Assembly (NCBI RefSeq): GCF_001194135.2
Contig: NC_068999.1
Location: 51,180,477-51,244,476 of the forward strand
Direction of reading: 5' to 3'
From: Octopus bimaculoides
Taxonomy: Eukaryota
Length of the DNA stretch: 64,000 nt
Below the pieces are notes generated by a model, which saw only the letters and a program-made list of their open reading frames with translations, was not told where the DNA came from and did not search any database. Shown in pieces: positions 23,201 through 37,125 of this stretch. The stretch's first letter is position 1. The number at the start of each line of letters is the position of its first letter. A program made the position numbers and the translations under genes.

Positions 23201-26050
23201 TCTCAATAAAGCTTCAATAAAAATTGCAAATATTAGCGTGGTTCACTTCAGAGCAGAAATTATATATGCACCGCTGTCAAGGAAACAAAAAGAACAAAAA
23301 AAGGCAGAGAATATATCCTAAATAAAAGAGAAACTGTTTTGAAGGGGTAACACATTGCAATGAAAGATGTCGGTAGATTGTGATTATTCAAGGTGGAAAA
23401 TTAGTGTAGCATATTTTATATAAATATTGATGAATGAATGTACTAAAATTATACTGTGCTGAGGGTTAGTTGTAGAATAACGTTTTGTTGGTTCCAGAAA
23501 GACGGAGATAGTCAAAGACATAAATTGTGGTGTTTCTTAATGTAGTAAAAACGTTGAATGGAGAATGCATGAATAGCAGGAAGAATATTTGACGTATAAT
23601 ATCTAGAATAATATAAATCACAACAGGATGTAACCAAAGCTTAAAGGAAATATAAAGTAGGTAAAACATCATAGAGCAAATTCTATTTAAGAGCTTAGAT
23701 CTATGCTAAATTTAGTAGGGTTCCTAAGAAATGTTATCCTCTCCTCACCATACATGAGCAAATGGATCAGAATGAAAGAAAACAAAGGTGACTTGAATGG
23801 GATATTGATAATGAATGTGAGCAAAATATGGAACGAATAAAATAGCATACAACCCATCATTTATTGTATATCTTGAAATTCACCACATTCCTATAAAACT
23901 GATGATTCATGCCTACGCAAATATAATATTCATTCACGTCGATCATATAGAGATTTTTGTATGAAAATCTTATTATTTATTGTATTGTATTTGCAGAGTT
24001 GTCGTTAACATCATCGTCACAACTACTATCAGTATCGTAAAGAATATCATCATCATCATCATCATAGCCATCATTATTTCCAACTCTGCGATAATCATTA
24101 TTTTCATTAACATGAAAATCGTTGCCTGACATTTGTAACTTATACACATATTTTAGTCACTCCTTCATCAGCCGTTCCATTCTTCTTTTATAACAAAACT
24201 AACCATGTGAGCAATTGCCTTACACACAAGCGTTAAAGATACAAACAAAAATTAAAAGAAAAAATATAGATAAGAACGGTATATAAAAGAAACGGAGGAA
24301 GTAAAAAGAAACAACAATGCAAAATATGATACAATACACTCTACACAGGATCCAATGCAATGCATGGAAGTGAATAGAATATAACAAGTTCAAACAATAG
24401 AAAATGCGAGAGGAAGAAAAAATGGTCTTTACAAAAAATTCTGCTCACTAATAATTAAAAGAATCGAATAATTCTTATAAAGATAGCTGACAGTGTGCAT
24501 TGTCCGTATAGATTAGTAATTTGGTAGCTTGGCTTCATAATATTGTCCAATCAACGATATGATATAGCAAATACTTGGTAAACATCTATGTTGAAGGTAA
24601 ATTCTCATTTAACTTCTCTACTGACCAAATGACCGCATTACTTCTTGTTTCTGTCATACATACTCTCACGTAAAGTACGTGGCTTAATAAGTTAGATTCC
24701 ACTCTCTTCAAGGAAAATGATCTTAGCCAAATCGTCTACGACTCATCGTAATGGAAAGTATGGTTTCCATACTTATATGCGAATAATGCGACAACTGGAA
24801 GAAGCGTGAGCGTTTTGGTTCCGCTCCATTATTCATAAATATCTCCTCTTGTGTAAATTCCGAATTGATATCTCTGCTGCTTGTAAACATCTACGTCAAC
24901 GATAATACGTACAAACTTCCAACACACACATTCATACACACATATATTTCATATAGAACTAAGATAATATACATGTGATTATATTTTACGCTTAACAGCA
25001 TATCGATATAATGTAAACATAGTTGATATGCTAAACTTTATAATATTCGTTTTGATTCCATCGAAAGTCTGGTAAAGGATAACTATAACTAATATTCAAT
25101 TTGTGATTGCTATAAGACTTTTGTTCAAGAGAGTTAATATAGAGTTACAAGCTACGCTTGTATAGTGAATTGAAACGTTATTGAAATTTTAACATCGACT
25201 GAAGCGGGGGGTTTTTGTGTTTTTTATTGGCTTTTTCAATAAAAACAGAATGACTCGTTCGATTTATTACACTTGCAACAATATTAGGAAAGCCATGTTG
25301 TCTAAAGTTTCCCCCTTAATATATAGACATTTCTCGATTTTAAAACGAAGTTTTAATCGATTTCATTTATTTTTGTTATACATTTCCTTTCGTTACTTTG
25401 TTGCTGATATTTTTGTTTGTTTGTTTTTTTAAACTTTTTTAGTAATTTCGATGGGGGAAGTAAATATGTTTATAAATGTTTATTTGCTAACATATTTATA
25501 TGTCTTCAGAGAGACAGTAAAGAATTACTTATTGGTGAATTTATTGCTAGCATCATCTGACATACGAGTAGTGCACCATAGTTCGTTCGTATCATACAAA
25601 CATAGCATGACATTTATATACAGAATATAAATATAAACATTCCTAATCTTATGAATATAATCCGGATTATACAGTACAATGAACAGTGAAGAAAACAACA
25701 AGAGTTTGGCGAATGTTTTTATGAAAGCGCTGAGTTCTTTATTGTTTTTTTTTGTCTTGTGCACAAGACACGTGAGATTTAAGAATTCATCCCAACCAAA
25801 CTTAATCTTTAATTTTACCTTTAATTTCCTTCATCCCAACGAAGGAATACTTTGGAGGGAAGACTAAAGAGTATGTTATAATCGCCAGTGTATAATCGCC
25901 AGTAGGATTGAGTGATAATCTGTGTGTGTGTGCATGTGCTTGTGTATGGGTATATGTATATGTGTGTGTTATCCTTGTATGTGTTTGTCCATATGCGTGC
26001 CTCGGATGTTTTAAAAGTGCATTCAGTATGTATGATTTCTATTTGTAATT

Positions 26051-26258
26051 AACAGAATCGTTAGCACACTGGACGAAATGCTTAGCGGTCGCTACGTTCT
26101 GAGTTCCAATTCCGCCGAGGTCAACTTCGCATTTCATCCTTTCGGAGTCGTAAAAATAAGTACCAGTCGAGTACTGGGGTCGATGTAACTGACTAGCCCC
26201 CTCCCCCTGTAGTAGAAATGTTGTGCCTACGGTAGAAAGGATTATCATTCTTATTATT
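26051..26258 (+). mobile_element. SINE family A copy 1 of a triple array (5'-clipped)
   Basis: acagaatcgttagcacactggacgaaatgcttagcgg...gtaccagtcgagtactggggtcgatg...gtagaaaggattat. Confidence 0.9.
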
Positions 26259-26485
26259 GAAGGCGACGCACTGGCAAAATCGTTAGCGCCCCAGGAAAAA
26301 TGCTAAGAGACATTTTGTCCGTCTTTACGGTCTGAGTTCAAATTCCGCCAAGGTCAACTTTGTGTTTCACCCCTTCGAAGTCGATATCTTCAGTACCAGT
26401 GCAATACTGGGGTCAATTTAATCGACTAGTCACCCTCTCCCAAATTTCAGGCCTTCTGTGTTTAAAAGAAATGGTTATTATGATT
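26259..26485 (+). mobile_element. SINE family A copy 2 of a triple array
   Basis: gaaggcgacgcactggcaaaatcgttagc...tctgagttcaaattccgccaaggtcaactt. Confidence 0.9.
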
Positions 26486-26534
26486 ATTATTATTATTATG
26501 ATGATGATGATCATCATCATCATCATCATCATCA

Positions 26535-26572
<38 letters not shown>

Positions 26573-26760
26573 GAAGGCGGCGAGCTGACAGAATCGTTTC
26601 CGAGCCGGCCCAAAAGCTCAACGGCATTTCATCCCTCTTTACATTCTGAGTTCAAATTCTGCCGGGTCGACTTTGCCTATTATCATTTCGTTGTCGATAA
26701 AATAAATACTAGTTGAATACTTGGATCGTTATCAGTCACTATCCTCCTCCCCTACCATTT
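26573..26760 (+). mobile_element. SINE family A copy 3 of a triple array, after an (ATC/ATT)n tract
   Basis: gaaggcggcgagctgacagaatcg...tctgagttcaaattctgccgggtcgactttgcc. Confidence 0.9.
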
Positions 26761-28959
26761 GCCGTTTTGGGCAAGTACATCTACCAATAATCTCGCGTTA
26801 AGATTTAGATGAACATCGAGTAGACGTAAATTGATTAAAAATCTGCCTCGTATAGAGAGAGTCGCGCCTAACACACTGTATTAGGCCGATTTTGTCTTTG
26901 CTTACCATTAAGGGTGTTCTTGTCTATGGAACACTTGGGTTCTTACACAATAATTGTTTAATGAGTAATTAATTCAGTCAGTCGAAGAACATCAATATAC
27001 TCCTCTTCGAAACCGGCGAAGGATCTATATAAATTACAGTTATGCTTTCATAAATGTATAGGTGTATCAGCCTGCAAGTTTACTAGTTCCTTCGTTCATA
27101 TGTTCAATATATTCTCGATAATGTTCATTACACATTTTATATGCTATTCTGTATGCACAAAGGCTTCTGAATCTCTTTAAAAGAAATCATTTATATAAAT
27201 ATGTACATGTGCTGATTTAGTATTTACTTGTAGAGATAATTAATTCGCGTTTGGAAAAAAAAAATCAATATAAAATCTTGCATACTATTGTTACTGCCTT
27301 ACTTTATCGTAGAAATCGATTTTGTTTTTAATACGCTTTTGTGGATGTAGTTCAAATTCGTATGTAATTTACATGAGTTATATAAAGTTACACACGACAT
27401 AGGTTAAACGAAAGACGGTCGTGTGTTTCTCGCTCATTAATAGATTTTTATAGCAGTTAGCGAACAACATATTTAGCAATAAGTTGAAGCGAATGAGAAA
27501 GTGAGCATACAGCTGTTGTCTTCAACCAGAATTTGCGTCTTGAGAATAAACGTGTTAACATAGCCTTAAGTCAACATAGTAAGAATAAGTCATAATATGG
27601 TATTTGTATCATTGAATATCATCAATGAGGGTAAACAACCCCTTTCACTTCCTAAGAGTCATATTGGACGCTAATGTGTTTAAGTCAAATGACCAATTTT
27701 ATTTGTGTACAAGTACAAATAAACCATAGCACGCACAGAAACATTGCAGGGTACTGATATCACATTATATTTCAGATAATTACTTTCCTTGAGAATTGTA
27801 GCTATCATTTTAGTCAGGTTTACATATATGCTCCCGTCAAATACTTGATGAGTTGTTAATTTATAGTTACCGGAGGGCTGAATGTTAAATTCAGTCCTCT
27901 TTAGTTGTTATCCCAGAACCTGACTTTATAAAGAGTAATTGCTTTTGTCCAGCACTACAATGTTATGAAGTCGATCAACATATGCATAGTATTAATACTG
28001 ATAATAGCAATCAATGAATATAAAAATGTAATAATAATAGTAATAATAGTAATAATAAGAAAAAGAACAACAGCGACAACAACAACAAATTTTTATCAGT
28101 AATAAGAACGAACCTGAATCAAATCAATGATAATAATAATAGCAGTGATAACAATGAAAGTTATTGTAATAGTAACAACAACTACAACAGTAATAATAGT
28201 ATGCAGTAGCTAAAATGCAAATATTTATAGAAAATTAAGTGAAATGAAGTGGAATTAAATTGAAATGAAATATGCGAGTAAATGTACTCCACCATATAAA
28301 AAACAGACTAGAATATTGTTTGCTCAAACGTTATTTGATTGTCAGCCAAGAAAATTCTACTTTCTTACAAATAATTCTAACGTACCCGGTATGAAAAATA
28401 CCAATTACATATTTAAAATGGTCATTTGCAACAAGTAGAAACAAACAAAAATTAACAGGAAAAACACACGTGATTGTAAACGGAATACGTGCATAGGAAA
28501 TAATCAATAAAAAATAGTAAACCGGTTTATTATTACATTGGATAAAAATAATTTAACTGTATTTTCATACACGACAGCAAAGAGTTTTTGATTGCGTGTT
28601 TGGTATTTCTATTAAATTAGTAATATTTAGAAATATTATTTTGTGAATATGTACTAAATGTGAATGCATGATCACATGTTAAACGAGACGTGTTGTTTGT
28701 TTTCTTTTTCAAGTTTGTGAAAATATAAATCCAAGATACATGAGAGACACACGCACGGGCAAAACACACGGGCACACACAAACCATGGAGCTAATGCTTG
28801 CACAAACACATGCACGCGTGTCATACATACATGAATTGATTTCTCAATTGTTGTTAAATAAATCTCTTTATATAATTGCCTGTCCGTATATGTGTGTGTG
28901 TGAACCATTAACCCCTCCACATCTTTTCTCTCTCGGTTTTTTTCCCCTTCACTCTCAGT

Positions 28960-29100
28960 TTTCTTTCCCCCTCTCAATCCTGTCTTTGGAAGAGCGTAGG
29001 CTCGAAACGTCGAAAACGTTTCCCCGAGCGTTAAACTAATATACTTGCTTGTTATCCCTTCACCTATCTTCTTTTGTTGTTTTTAAATCTCAACTATATT
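28960..29100 (+). mobile_element. Penelope-like element 3' tail, copy A, with a partial minimal hammerhead
   Basis: aa-GAGC-gtag-GCTC-GAAACGTC followed by gagcgttaaactaata; the same tail occurs at 39645-39780 and 39864-40020. Confidence 0.6.
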
Positions 29101-29429
29101 TCAATTTGTGCGTATGTGTGTGTATGTATATATTTATGTATGCATGTATGTATGCATGTATGTATGCATGTATAAATATGTATATTTGTATATACATAAC
29201 TAAATATACATACAAACTTACATATAAGGCGAGACTGCTCTTGGTTATCGGGTTTACCTTACCACAATATATCATTCGAAGTTTACCATCATCAGGAGTT
29301 ATGTGTCATCGGTGCAGTGTGGAAAAAGTACCGATCTTGCCCACACGATACACTTCGGTTTTCGATACTGCGATCTCGTACAATGCTTAAATACCTAGGG
29401 CATTTTATTTCATGCCTCAGATGAATGTA

Positions 29430-29880
29430 GCAAAAGTGTGATGACGCAATCATCATAGAAACAAATATACGTGGAAAATTGAAAGTTACAGGATCGTTCC
29501 TTGCTAGTCTCACAAGGAATTGAAACATTCTCAATCCTTAAATTAATTTCGGAATCTAGGAATTTACCATTCGAAGCATAGCTACGAAGATAAGGAAAAG
29601 AATCGACTGCATGCGGTCTTGTCTCTTGGATAATTATATACATAGTTACATATAACTCTTTCATGAGGCAGCTACAAACATCGTTCTAATTTTCTTCATG
29701 ATTAATATAAGTATAACAGCAGTAGAGACACCGGAAAAGCAGATTCTGTCTCTTCTTAATATCTGGCTGGGATTCGACAAGAAGATCACATTCGTTGGCC
29801 TTTGATTTAGCTTTAAAACAATTATGAAATAGTTCACCTCTTGTACGAAAGAAGACAAGGATGCCTTAGATGCGAACTGT
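29430..29880 (+). pseudogene. HERO-like non-LTR relic, post-RT (thumb) region
   Basis: One frame with stops gives INISITAVETPEKQILSLLNIWLGFDKKITFVGL*, resembling the recalled motif VPIT.VE.LERKIS..LR.WLG.P.S.TS.GLY. Confidence 0.5.
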
Positions 29881-30153
29881 AAATGTATGAGCAACTATAA
29901 CTGCCAAGTATACAAATTGCAATGAAGACACTGGTATGTCACAACTATTTAACGTAACTGTGCACTACAATGGGTTTTTTTTTATGAACACCGCAATATT
30001 TGATTAATGTCGGCCTTCATAATAATGTACAGTTTGACAAATATAATCAACAAACTTAGGTTGTCACCATAGCAAAGGCTTTCGGTAGACCAACGAAAAC
30101 TTGATAAAGGGAGGAGTTCTACGGAAATCACAAATAGCTGTGAAGTTAATACT

Positions 30154-30154
<1 letters not shown>

Positions 30155-30190
<36 letters not shown>

Positions 30191-30330
30191 TTATTTATCT
30201 ATCTATCTATTTATATGTCCGTCTCTCTCAGTGTCTATCTATCTCTCTGTATCTATCTAAATATCTATTTCTCTGTCAACCTGTCTGCCTATGTCTCGCT
30301 ATTTATCTATCTATTTATATACATCTTTCC
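30155..30330. repeat. (ATCT)n microsatellite, degenerate
   Basis: Direct reading. Confidence 0.85.
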
Positions 30331-30922
30331 ATCAATGTGTGTGAGTGTGTGTATGTGTGTGTGCGTGCATGAGCGGGTTTATACATTTGTGTGTATAAAA
30401 TGTACGCGGGTATTCGTCTTTCCTGACTGTGTCACATCATATATATTATTCCTTACAGATTGCATACTAATAAGCTGCGGCATGCAAAACATAATATCAA
30501 GAATTATATATTGTGTTTCGTTGTGGAGAACACTAAAAACGACTTTGCTTAATTGAATAGATCGTGATAAAACAGCAGTCCACGAATCTAATTATTATTT
30601 TGCACGTCTAAGCATTTGTGTAGACTAATCGTGAATAAAGTATGTATGTATTTAGATACATACATACTGAGTATGTATATAAAAACACGTATTAACTATT
30701 AATTCTTACTACACTATTTACGCAAACACCAACGTTCGGAAACACGCCCACATACAATATTCGTATATTTATATAGAGAAAATAGAATTAGGATGTATCC
30801 ATATATATGTATATATATANNNNNNNNNNNNNNNNNNNNNNNNNNNNNNNNNNNNNNNNNNNNNNNNNNNNNNNNNNNNNNNNNNNNNNNNNNNNNNNNN
30901 NNNNNNNNNNNNNNNNNNNNNN

Positions 30923-30981
<59 letters not shown>

Positions 30982-31021
30982 TTGATATAGATATAGATAT
31001 AGATCCGAACTATACGCCTGT

Positions 31022-31125
31022 GGAGGAGCAATGGCTCAGTGGTTAGGGCAGCGGACTCGCGGTCGTAGGATCGCGGTTTCTATTCCCAGACCGGCTGTGA
31101 GTGTTCATTGAGCGAAAACACCTAC
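31022..31125 (+). mobile_element. tRNA-derived SINE head, truncated by (GATA)n
   Basis: A box TGGCTCAGTGG at 31032-31042 and degenerate B box GGTTTCTATTCC at 31075-31086; non-tRNA sequence follows. Confidence 0.8.
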
Positions 31126-31269
31126 CTAGATAGATAGATAGATAGATAGAGAAGTCCACTGCATTTATAGCAGAACAGCTGTAACCTAATGAAGTTCATA
31201 AAATAATTGTTTATTCCTTTGTCATCTCATTTTCATCTGTGTATGTGTGTGTGTGTATTCTTTTATTAT

Positions 31270-31655
31270 TTCATTTGTTTCAGTTATTTGACTGTGGCCA
31301 TACTGGAGCATTGCCTTGAAGGGTCTTAGTGGAACAAATCGACCACATGTTTCTAATTTTTAAGCATAACACTTATTTTATCATCATTTTTTACCGAACC
31401 CCTAAGTTATTGTGATGTAAACACCTCAACACCTGTTGCCAAACGGTGATGGAGCGGCAAACACAGACACAAAGACACACACACTGAGATATACATTCAT
31501 ATATATACATATGTGATGTTCTTCTCTCAGTTTCCCTCTACGAAATTCACTCACGAGGTTTTGGTTGCCTCCAGTCTATAATAGAAGTGAGACTGAACTT
31601 AAGACCAAGTAGTTGGGAAGGAAGACTCTTACTACACAGCCACATCTGAGCCCAT
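31270..31655 (-). mobile_element. Near full-length degenerate SINE family B copy with an internal microsatellite
   Basis: Tail tttcagttatttgactgtggccatactggagc...ctaagtt...ggcaaacacagacac, then head remnants ...ttactacacagccac. Confidence 0.8.
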
Positions 31656-31674
31656 ATATAAATACACACACACG

Positions 31675-31723
<49 letters not shown>

Positions 31724-32572
31724 NNNNNNNNNNNNNNNNNNNNNNNNNNNNNNNNNNNNNNNNNNNNNNNNNNNNNNNNNNNNNNNNNNNNNNNNNNNNN
31801 NNNNNNNNNNNNNNNNNNNNNNNNNNNNNNNNNNNNNNNNNNNNNNNNNNNNNNNNNNNNNNNNNNNNNNNNNNNNNNNNNNNNNNNNNNNNNNNNNNNN
31901 NNNNNNNNNNNNNNNNNNNNACGGTGATGGAGCGGCAAACACAGACACAAAGACACACACACTGAGATATACATTCATATATATACATACATAATACATA
32001 CATGCATATGCATATGCAAAGCTCTTAGTTTACATATATTTTAGATAAATAATTACATCTATTCATCAGTAACATTCATCAGGAAAATTTTCCGCCTTTT
32101 ATATGACCGGAGTAAGCGTTCGTGTAGATTACGTTTGTTTGCATCTCTTTTTATCTTATATCAAATATTAACTGTCCATTTTCATCTTCGGTTTTATTGA
32201 ATTCATTTATCATTTCATAATATTGAATCGTAAAACGATAATTTGATCTCTTCTTTCGCTGTATTGTTCTAAATCTACCAGAGTAGGTAAATAAGATATT
32301 AAGATATAAATCAATAACGAAAAAAAAATGAGAATAGGAAATATATATTTGTGTTATGCAAATAAACAATTCACCACACAGTTCTACGAATATATTTTGA
32401 AGAGCAGGTTTTATTACAGCAGGAACAGATTATTATGTTTTTCTTGTGCAAATATTCTCTTCAAGCACGACATCGCACATATCAAACTGTCTATTGACAC
32501 CTGTCTTCTTATCTTGTATATATCACAATCGGGAATCAGGTGAACAGAAACGAGAAATGCAAAAGAGACAAA

Positions 32573-32625
<53 letters not shown>

Positions 32626-33539
32626 ACTAACACACACTAACACAACACTCACACATACACACACACGAACACATATATGCATAAATGCAGATAACCACAT
32701 AAAAACACACACACACACACAGACACGCAGGCACACACACTCACACATTCACATAAATATACGTGCCCACCCGTAACTACATAAATGGTGATTGCCCATA
32801 GAATCCATTGACATCAAACGCAAAGAAAATTTGTATTCCGGTATGGATTCAAACTTATGGAATTATGAATGAGACGTTAATAGATGCACGCATACGCACA
32901 ATGTGCATGCACAGTCGCATATTGTACACAAACATACACATACAAACGTGTGTGCATATATATATATATATATAGATAGATAGATAGATANNNNNNNNNN
33001 NNNNNNNNNNNNNNNNNNNNNNNNNNNNNNNNNNNNNNNNNNNNNNNNNNNNNNNNNNNNNNNNNNNNNNNNNNNNNNNNNNNNNNNNNNNNNNNNNNNN
33101 NNNNNNNNNNNNNNNNNNNNNNNNNNNNNNNNNNNNNNNNNNNNNNNNNNNNNNNNNNNNNNNNNNNNNNNNNNNNNNNNNNNNNNNNNNNNNNNNNNNN
33201 NNNNNNNNNNNNNNNNNNNNNNNNNNNNNNNNNNNNNNNNNNNNNNNNNNNNNNNNNNNNNNNNNNNNNNNNNNNNNNNNNNNNNNNNNNNNNNNNNNNN
33301 NNNNNNNNNNNNNNNNNNNNNNNNNNNNNNNNNNNNNNNNNNNNNNNNNNNNNNNNNNNNNNNNNNNNNNNNNNNNNNNNNNNNNNNNNNNNNNNNNNNN
33401 NNNNNNNNNNNNNNNNNNNNNNNNNNNNNNNNNNNNNNNNNNNNNNNNNNNNNNNNNNNNNNNNNNNNNNNNNNNATATGCATAGATATTTTTTATTAAT
33501 ACACACACACATATATATATATTATATATATATATATAT

Positions 33540-33617
<78 letters not shown>
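33540..33617. repeat. (GATA)n microsatellite
   Basis: Direct reading; a second tract lies at 33918-33984. Confidence 0.95.
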
Positions 33618-33618
<1 letters not shown>

Positions 33619-33916
33619 TTAATAAATGGACAACCACACATATGTTTATATTTCTTAATATATGCATATAAGAAGATATATGTGTGTGTGTATTTGGATA
33701 GATAGATAGAGAGATGGGGAGAGAGAGAGAGAGGGTGATATATGTGAGTGTAAGTGTGAATGAGCCTGAGTGTCTTTGTGTAGAATTAAGTAACTGTCAC
33801 ATAGTTATAAGTTCACCCCCCATAAAACACACACGCGTGTGCGTATGAGTGTATGTGCGTGTGTGGGTATGCGTGTGTGTGTACTCAGAAATATGCAATA
33901 CATTTATGCGTAAATC

Positions 33917-33985
<69 letters not shown>

Positions 33986-34110
33986 GGTGTGCACAAAATA
34001 TTTTTAAAATGACACATCGTACAGTAAGCCATAAGAATACAACGCCAATTGTTTGATGCAAATATATATAAACATATATGTATATGTAAACACACACACA
34101 CACATATACG

Positions 34111-34142
<32 letters not shown>

Positions 34143-36712
34143 TACATAATATATGTGTATGTGTATATATATATATATATATTCATATGTATGTATATAA
34201 CTTTATGCATATATATATGTATGTATAAAGATATATTGTATTAATACTCATATGCCTAAACGGTGATTTGATTATATATATATTCGTGTATGAGTTTACA
34301 ATTCATTCTGCACTTGTGTTTATTTTTATCAGAACCCCCAAAAAATATAAATATATATTTCCACATCACTTAATCCTATTGCCTTTTAATGATATTTAAG
34401 CAAGCTAAGCTTCATTATGTTTGGTTGGATTGCAGCTTTTTAAACTTATATGCGCTGCGTAGTTCATTTATCATGGCTAACCAAAAGGTAAAAATTATTA
34501 TCGGTTTTGCTACTCATTTAGTGTATCTTTTCTCCTTGATCATAGCATAAATTTATCTACGTCAAGCTTTCATTACATTCCCCATTTGTTTGTTTATTTT
34601 CTGTTTTCGATTTGAGTTCGTGTTGAGGTTTTTATTATTATTATTTTTGGTTTAGTTTGAGGTTTTTCTTGTTTTTAGAATGGCTTTCATATTATCTTTA
34701 TTATTTATTCCACTTGACGTTTGGAAAAGAGCCTCATTAATCCTGACTTCCAATAAATCCCTGCAATAAATGTTCATTTGATCTCTCTCTTTAATTAGGC
34801 GGTATACAATATTTGTTACGCTTTCTTAGCAAAGCTGAATTATGGAAGTGTCCAGCCAACCATTCCTTGCTTCATCCAACCATAATTCCATCGATATATC
34901 TATTCCTTTCCCATACTTATCAATATAAAGCTTAGGTAACGCTTTATTTTTCTTTGTTCACTTGCTTTATACTGAATAATGATTCCCACATAAATTGCGA
35001 ATATTCTGCAGAAGCTGTTTTAATATTCTAGGCACGATAAATAACAAGCTAGGAAATTTGGTTCCTGAAAAATCTAATAAACCCCAACGTAGATTACTTT
35101 CTTTAGAGTCTTACTCATATCTGTATAACCAACTATATTCTTCACAAGCTTTGCCAACTATTGATCTTCTAGAACTCTTCTTTAAACTTATGAAAATGAA
35201 CGAGCTATGTTTTTTTTTATGCCATGGTTCTTAGTGGTCATAATATGACAGAAGCAACGTTTATCACGTGTTAGTAAATGACGATTCCACAGATCTCATA
35301 CAGCACTCAATCTCTTTGCTTTGGATTGATATTACGGTGTTAATAACAAAAAGGCATCATGAATCTCTTTTGTTGCGTGTAGCATATAAAATGTTTAGGA
35401 ATAAAAATTGTAAGCAATTATATCCCTCATATATTATATATGATATAAAAATTACATACAATATTAAACCTCATATAATATTCATAAGATATAACTGGAT
35501 TCTAGATTAAAAAGGTCACGTTAGATATAATGGCATATACCCCCGCAGTATACTAACTTAATATTGATAGTGACTCAGAGAATTAATGATAGCTCCGACT
35601 TGTATATTTTTCAGGAATGGAGTATACACTATTTAATTAATTGCACCTTTTGTCGGTCAATAAGAAAAAGAAACTTATCAAAGACTTGGTATATCTAGAT
35701 TTAAAAGAGTTGTCACCGATGTAAATTGTTCCTGATTTAATTTGCTTAGTATAATATTCACCACTTGCCCAATACTTGAGAAAGATGAAATAAAAATTGA
35801 CATTATGTGCACTAAATAATTCAGAAATAAGTGATATACTAAATAGTTCACCAACGTAAAGCTGGAAGCAATTTCGTGGGAAGTATAAAACCAGCCTTGC
35901 AATTTGAACTGGCAAAAATGATTTTAAGGCATAGTAAAGATTACACTAATGCGACTTAATCATGCTCCTTCTGGTAACCTTTAAAATATTTGTGTTTTCC
36001 TGTAAATAACGTGTTAGCTATTATTATATGTAAATAACGACCAAAGAAGATTGTAAAAAGTGTGGTTCTCCTTCACAAGAATCACGTGTTTTATCTACAT
36101 CGGAACAGGTAATCAGGCTTAAAAACTAACGAGAAAGTTTGATTTATGTAATGTGATTATACATTAACAAGAAGTCGTTATTTTTCCATGCTTGTCAATA
36201 TGTCTTCTATAATTGAATTCAATAAATTATTTCACCCATTAATCCACAATCGCCATGCAAATCCTTCCGAATTACACTTCTATTTATTATTGCATCTAAA
36301 CATAATTAATATACAAATTAATTTCGATGTCACTGTTTGTTTATAATCATAAATCAAGGAAATAAATGCCTTGAACCGTTGTATGTTTCGAATTTCAGAA
36401 ACCCATTGTTTTATCTGCTTTATTTCACGTGGCTCTGCACGCGATCAAATACGTCTAATCCACTATATTTTTCTCTAAAATTACAAAAAAAAATAAATTT
36501 TAATGAGTCTTACAGTTTTGTCACACTTTCGAAATCTAGTCAATAATCAGAATAGTCAGAAAGAGCCATAGATCTAACATATAAACCCGTGCAATGCTTA
36601 ATAAGATTTTTTCTCTTCCCGAACATGACCGATAAATAAAATATATCCATAGTAAATTCATTGCACCGCGTGAAGATACTCTCTGAAAGAATATTCACAA
36701 ATGGGAGTAGGG

Positions 36713-37125
36713 GTGGCTGTGCAGTTAAGAAGTTTGCTTCTCAATCACTAAGACTCGTGTTCGGTTTTACTGCGTAGCACTTTGATCAAGTGTTTTTCAA
36801 TATAGGCCTCGACACACCAGTGTTTTATGAGTAGATTTGGCTGGAGGAAACTGAAAGAAGCCTGTCGAATATACGATCTAGTTTGTATGTGTGTGTGTGC
36901 CTGAGGGTGTATGTGCATGATTGTGTCTTCGTGTCTTCATATATCTTGATAGTTGTAATGAGAATGATTGTTAAAAAAAAAATAGCAACATTCATTTCTT
37001 ACATTCTGCGAAAACAGGTCTAGTAATGCAAGGGTTGGCAACAGGCAGTGCATCCAACCGTAGAATATCTGCCTCATTAAACTCTGCTCAATCCATGCAA
37101 GCATGGATAAGCGGACATTAAAACG
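36713..37125 (+). mobile_element. SINE with a family B head and a different 3' tail, followed by a (GAG)n run
   Basis: ggtggctgtgcagttaagaagtttgcttc...ggaaactgaaagaagcctgtcg...gggttggcaacaggcagtgcatccaaccgtagaatatctgcctca...catgcaagcatggataagcggacattaaaacg. Confidence 0.8.

Noticed and set aside
31022-31095. Possible tRNA gene
   Set aside because: A and B boxes are present, but the B box is mutated, the acceptor stem does not close and SINE body sequence follows.
32040-32070. CTGATGA followed by a TAGAT/ATCTA stem on the minus strand
   Set aside because: GAAA is absent (AAAT instead) and there is no stem I or III; this is chance in AT-rich DNA.
35637-35915. Two overlapping minus-strand ORFs after a good pyrimidine tract
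   Set aside because: No donor site, no recognisable domain, and the composition fits AT-rich background.
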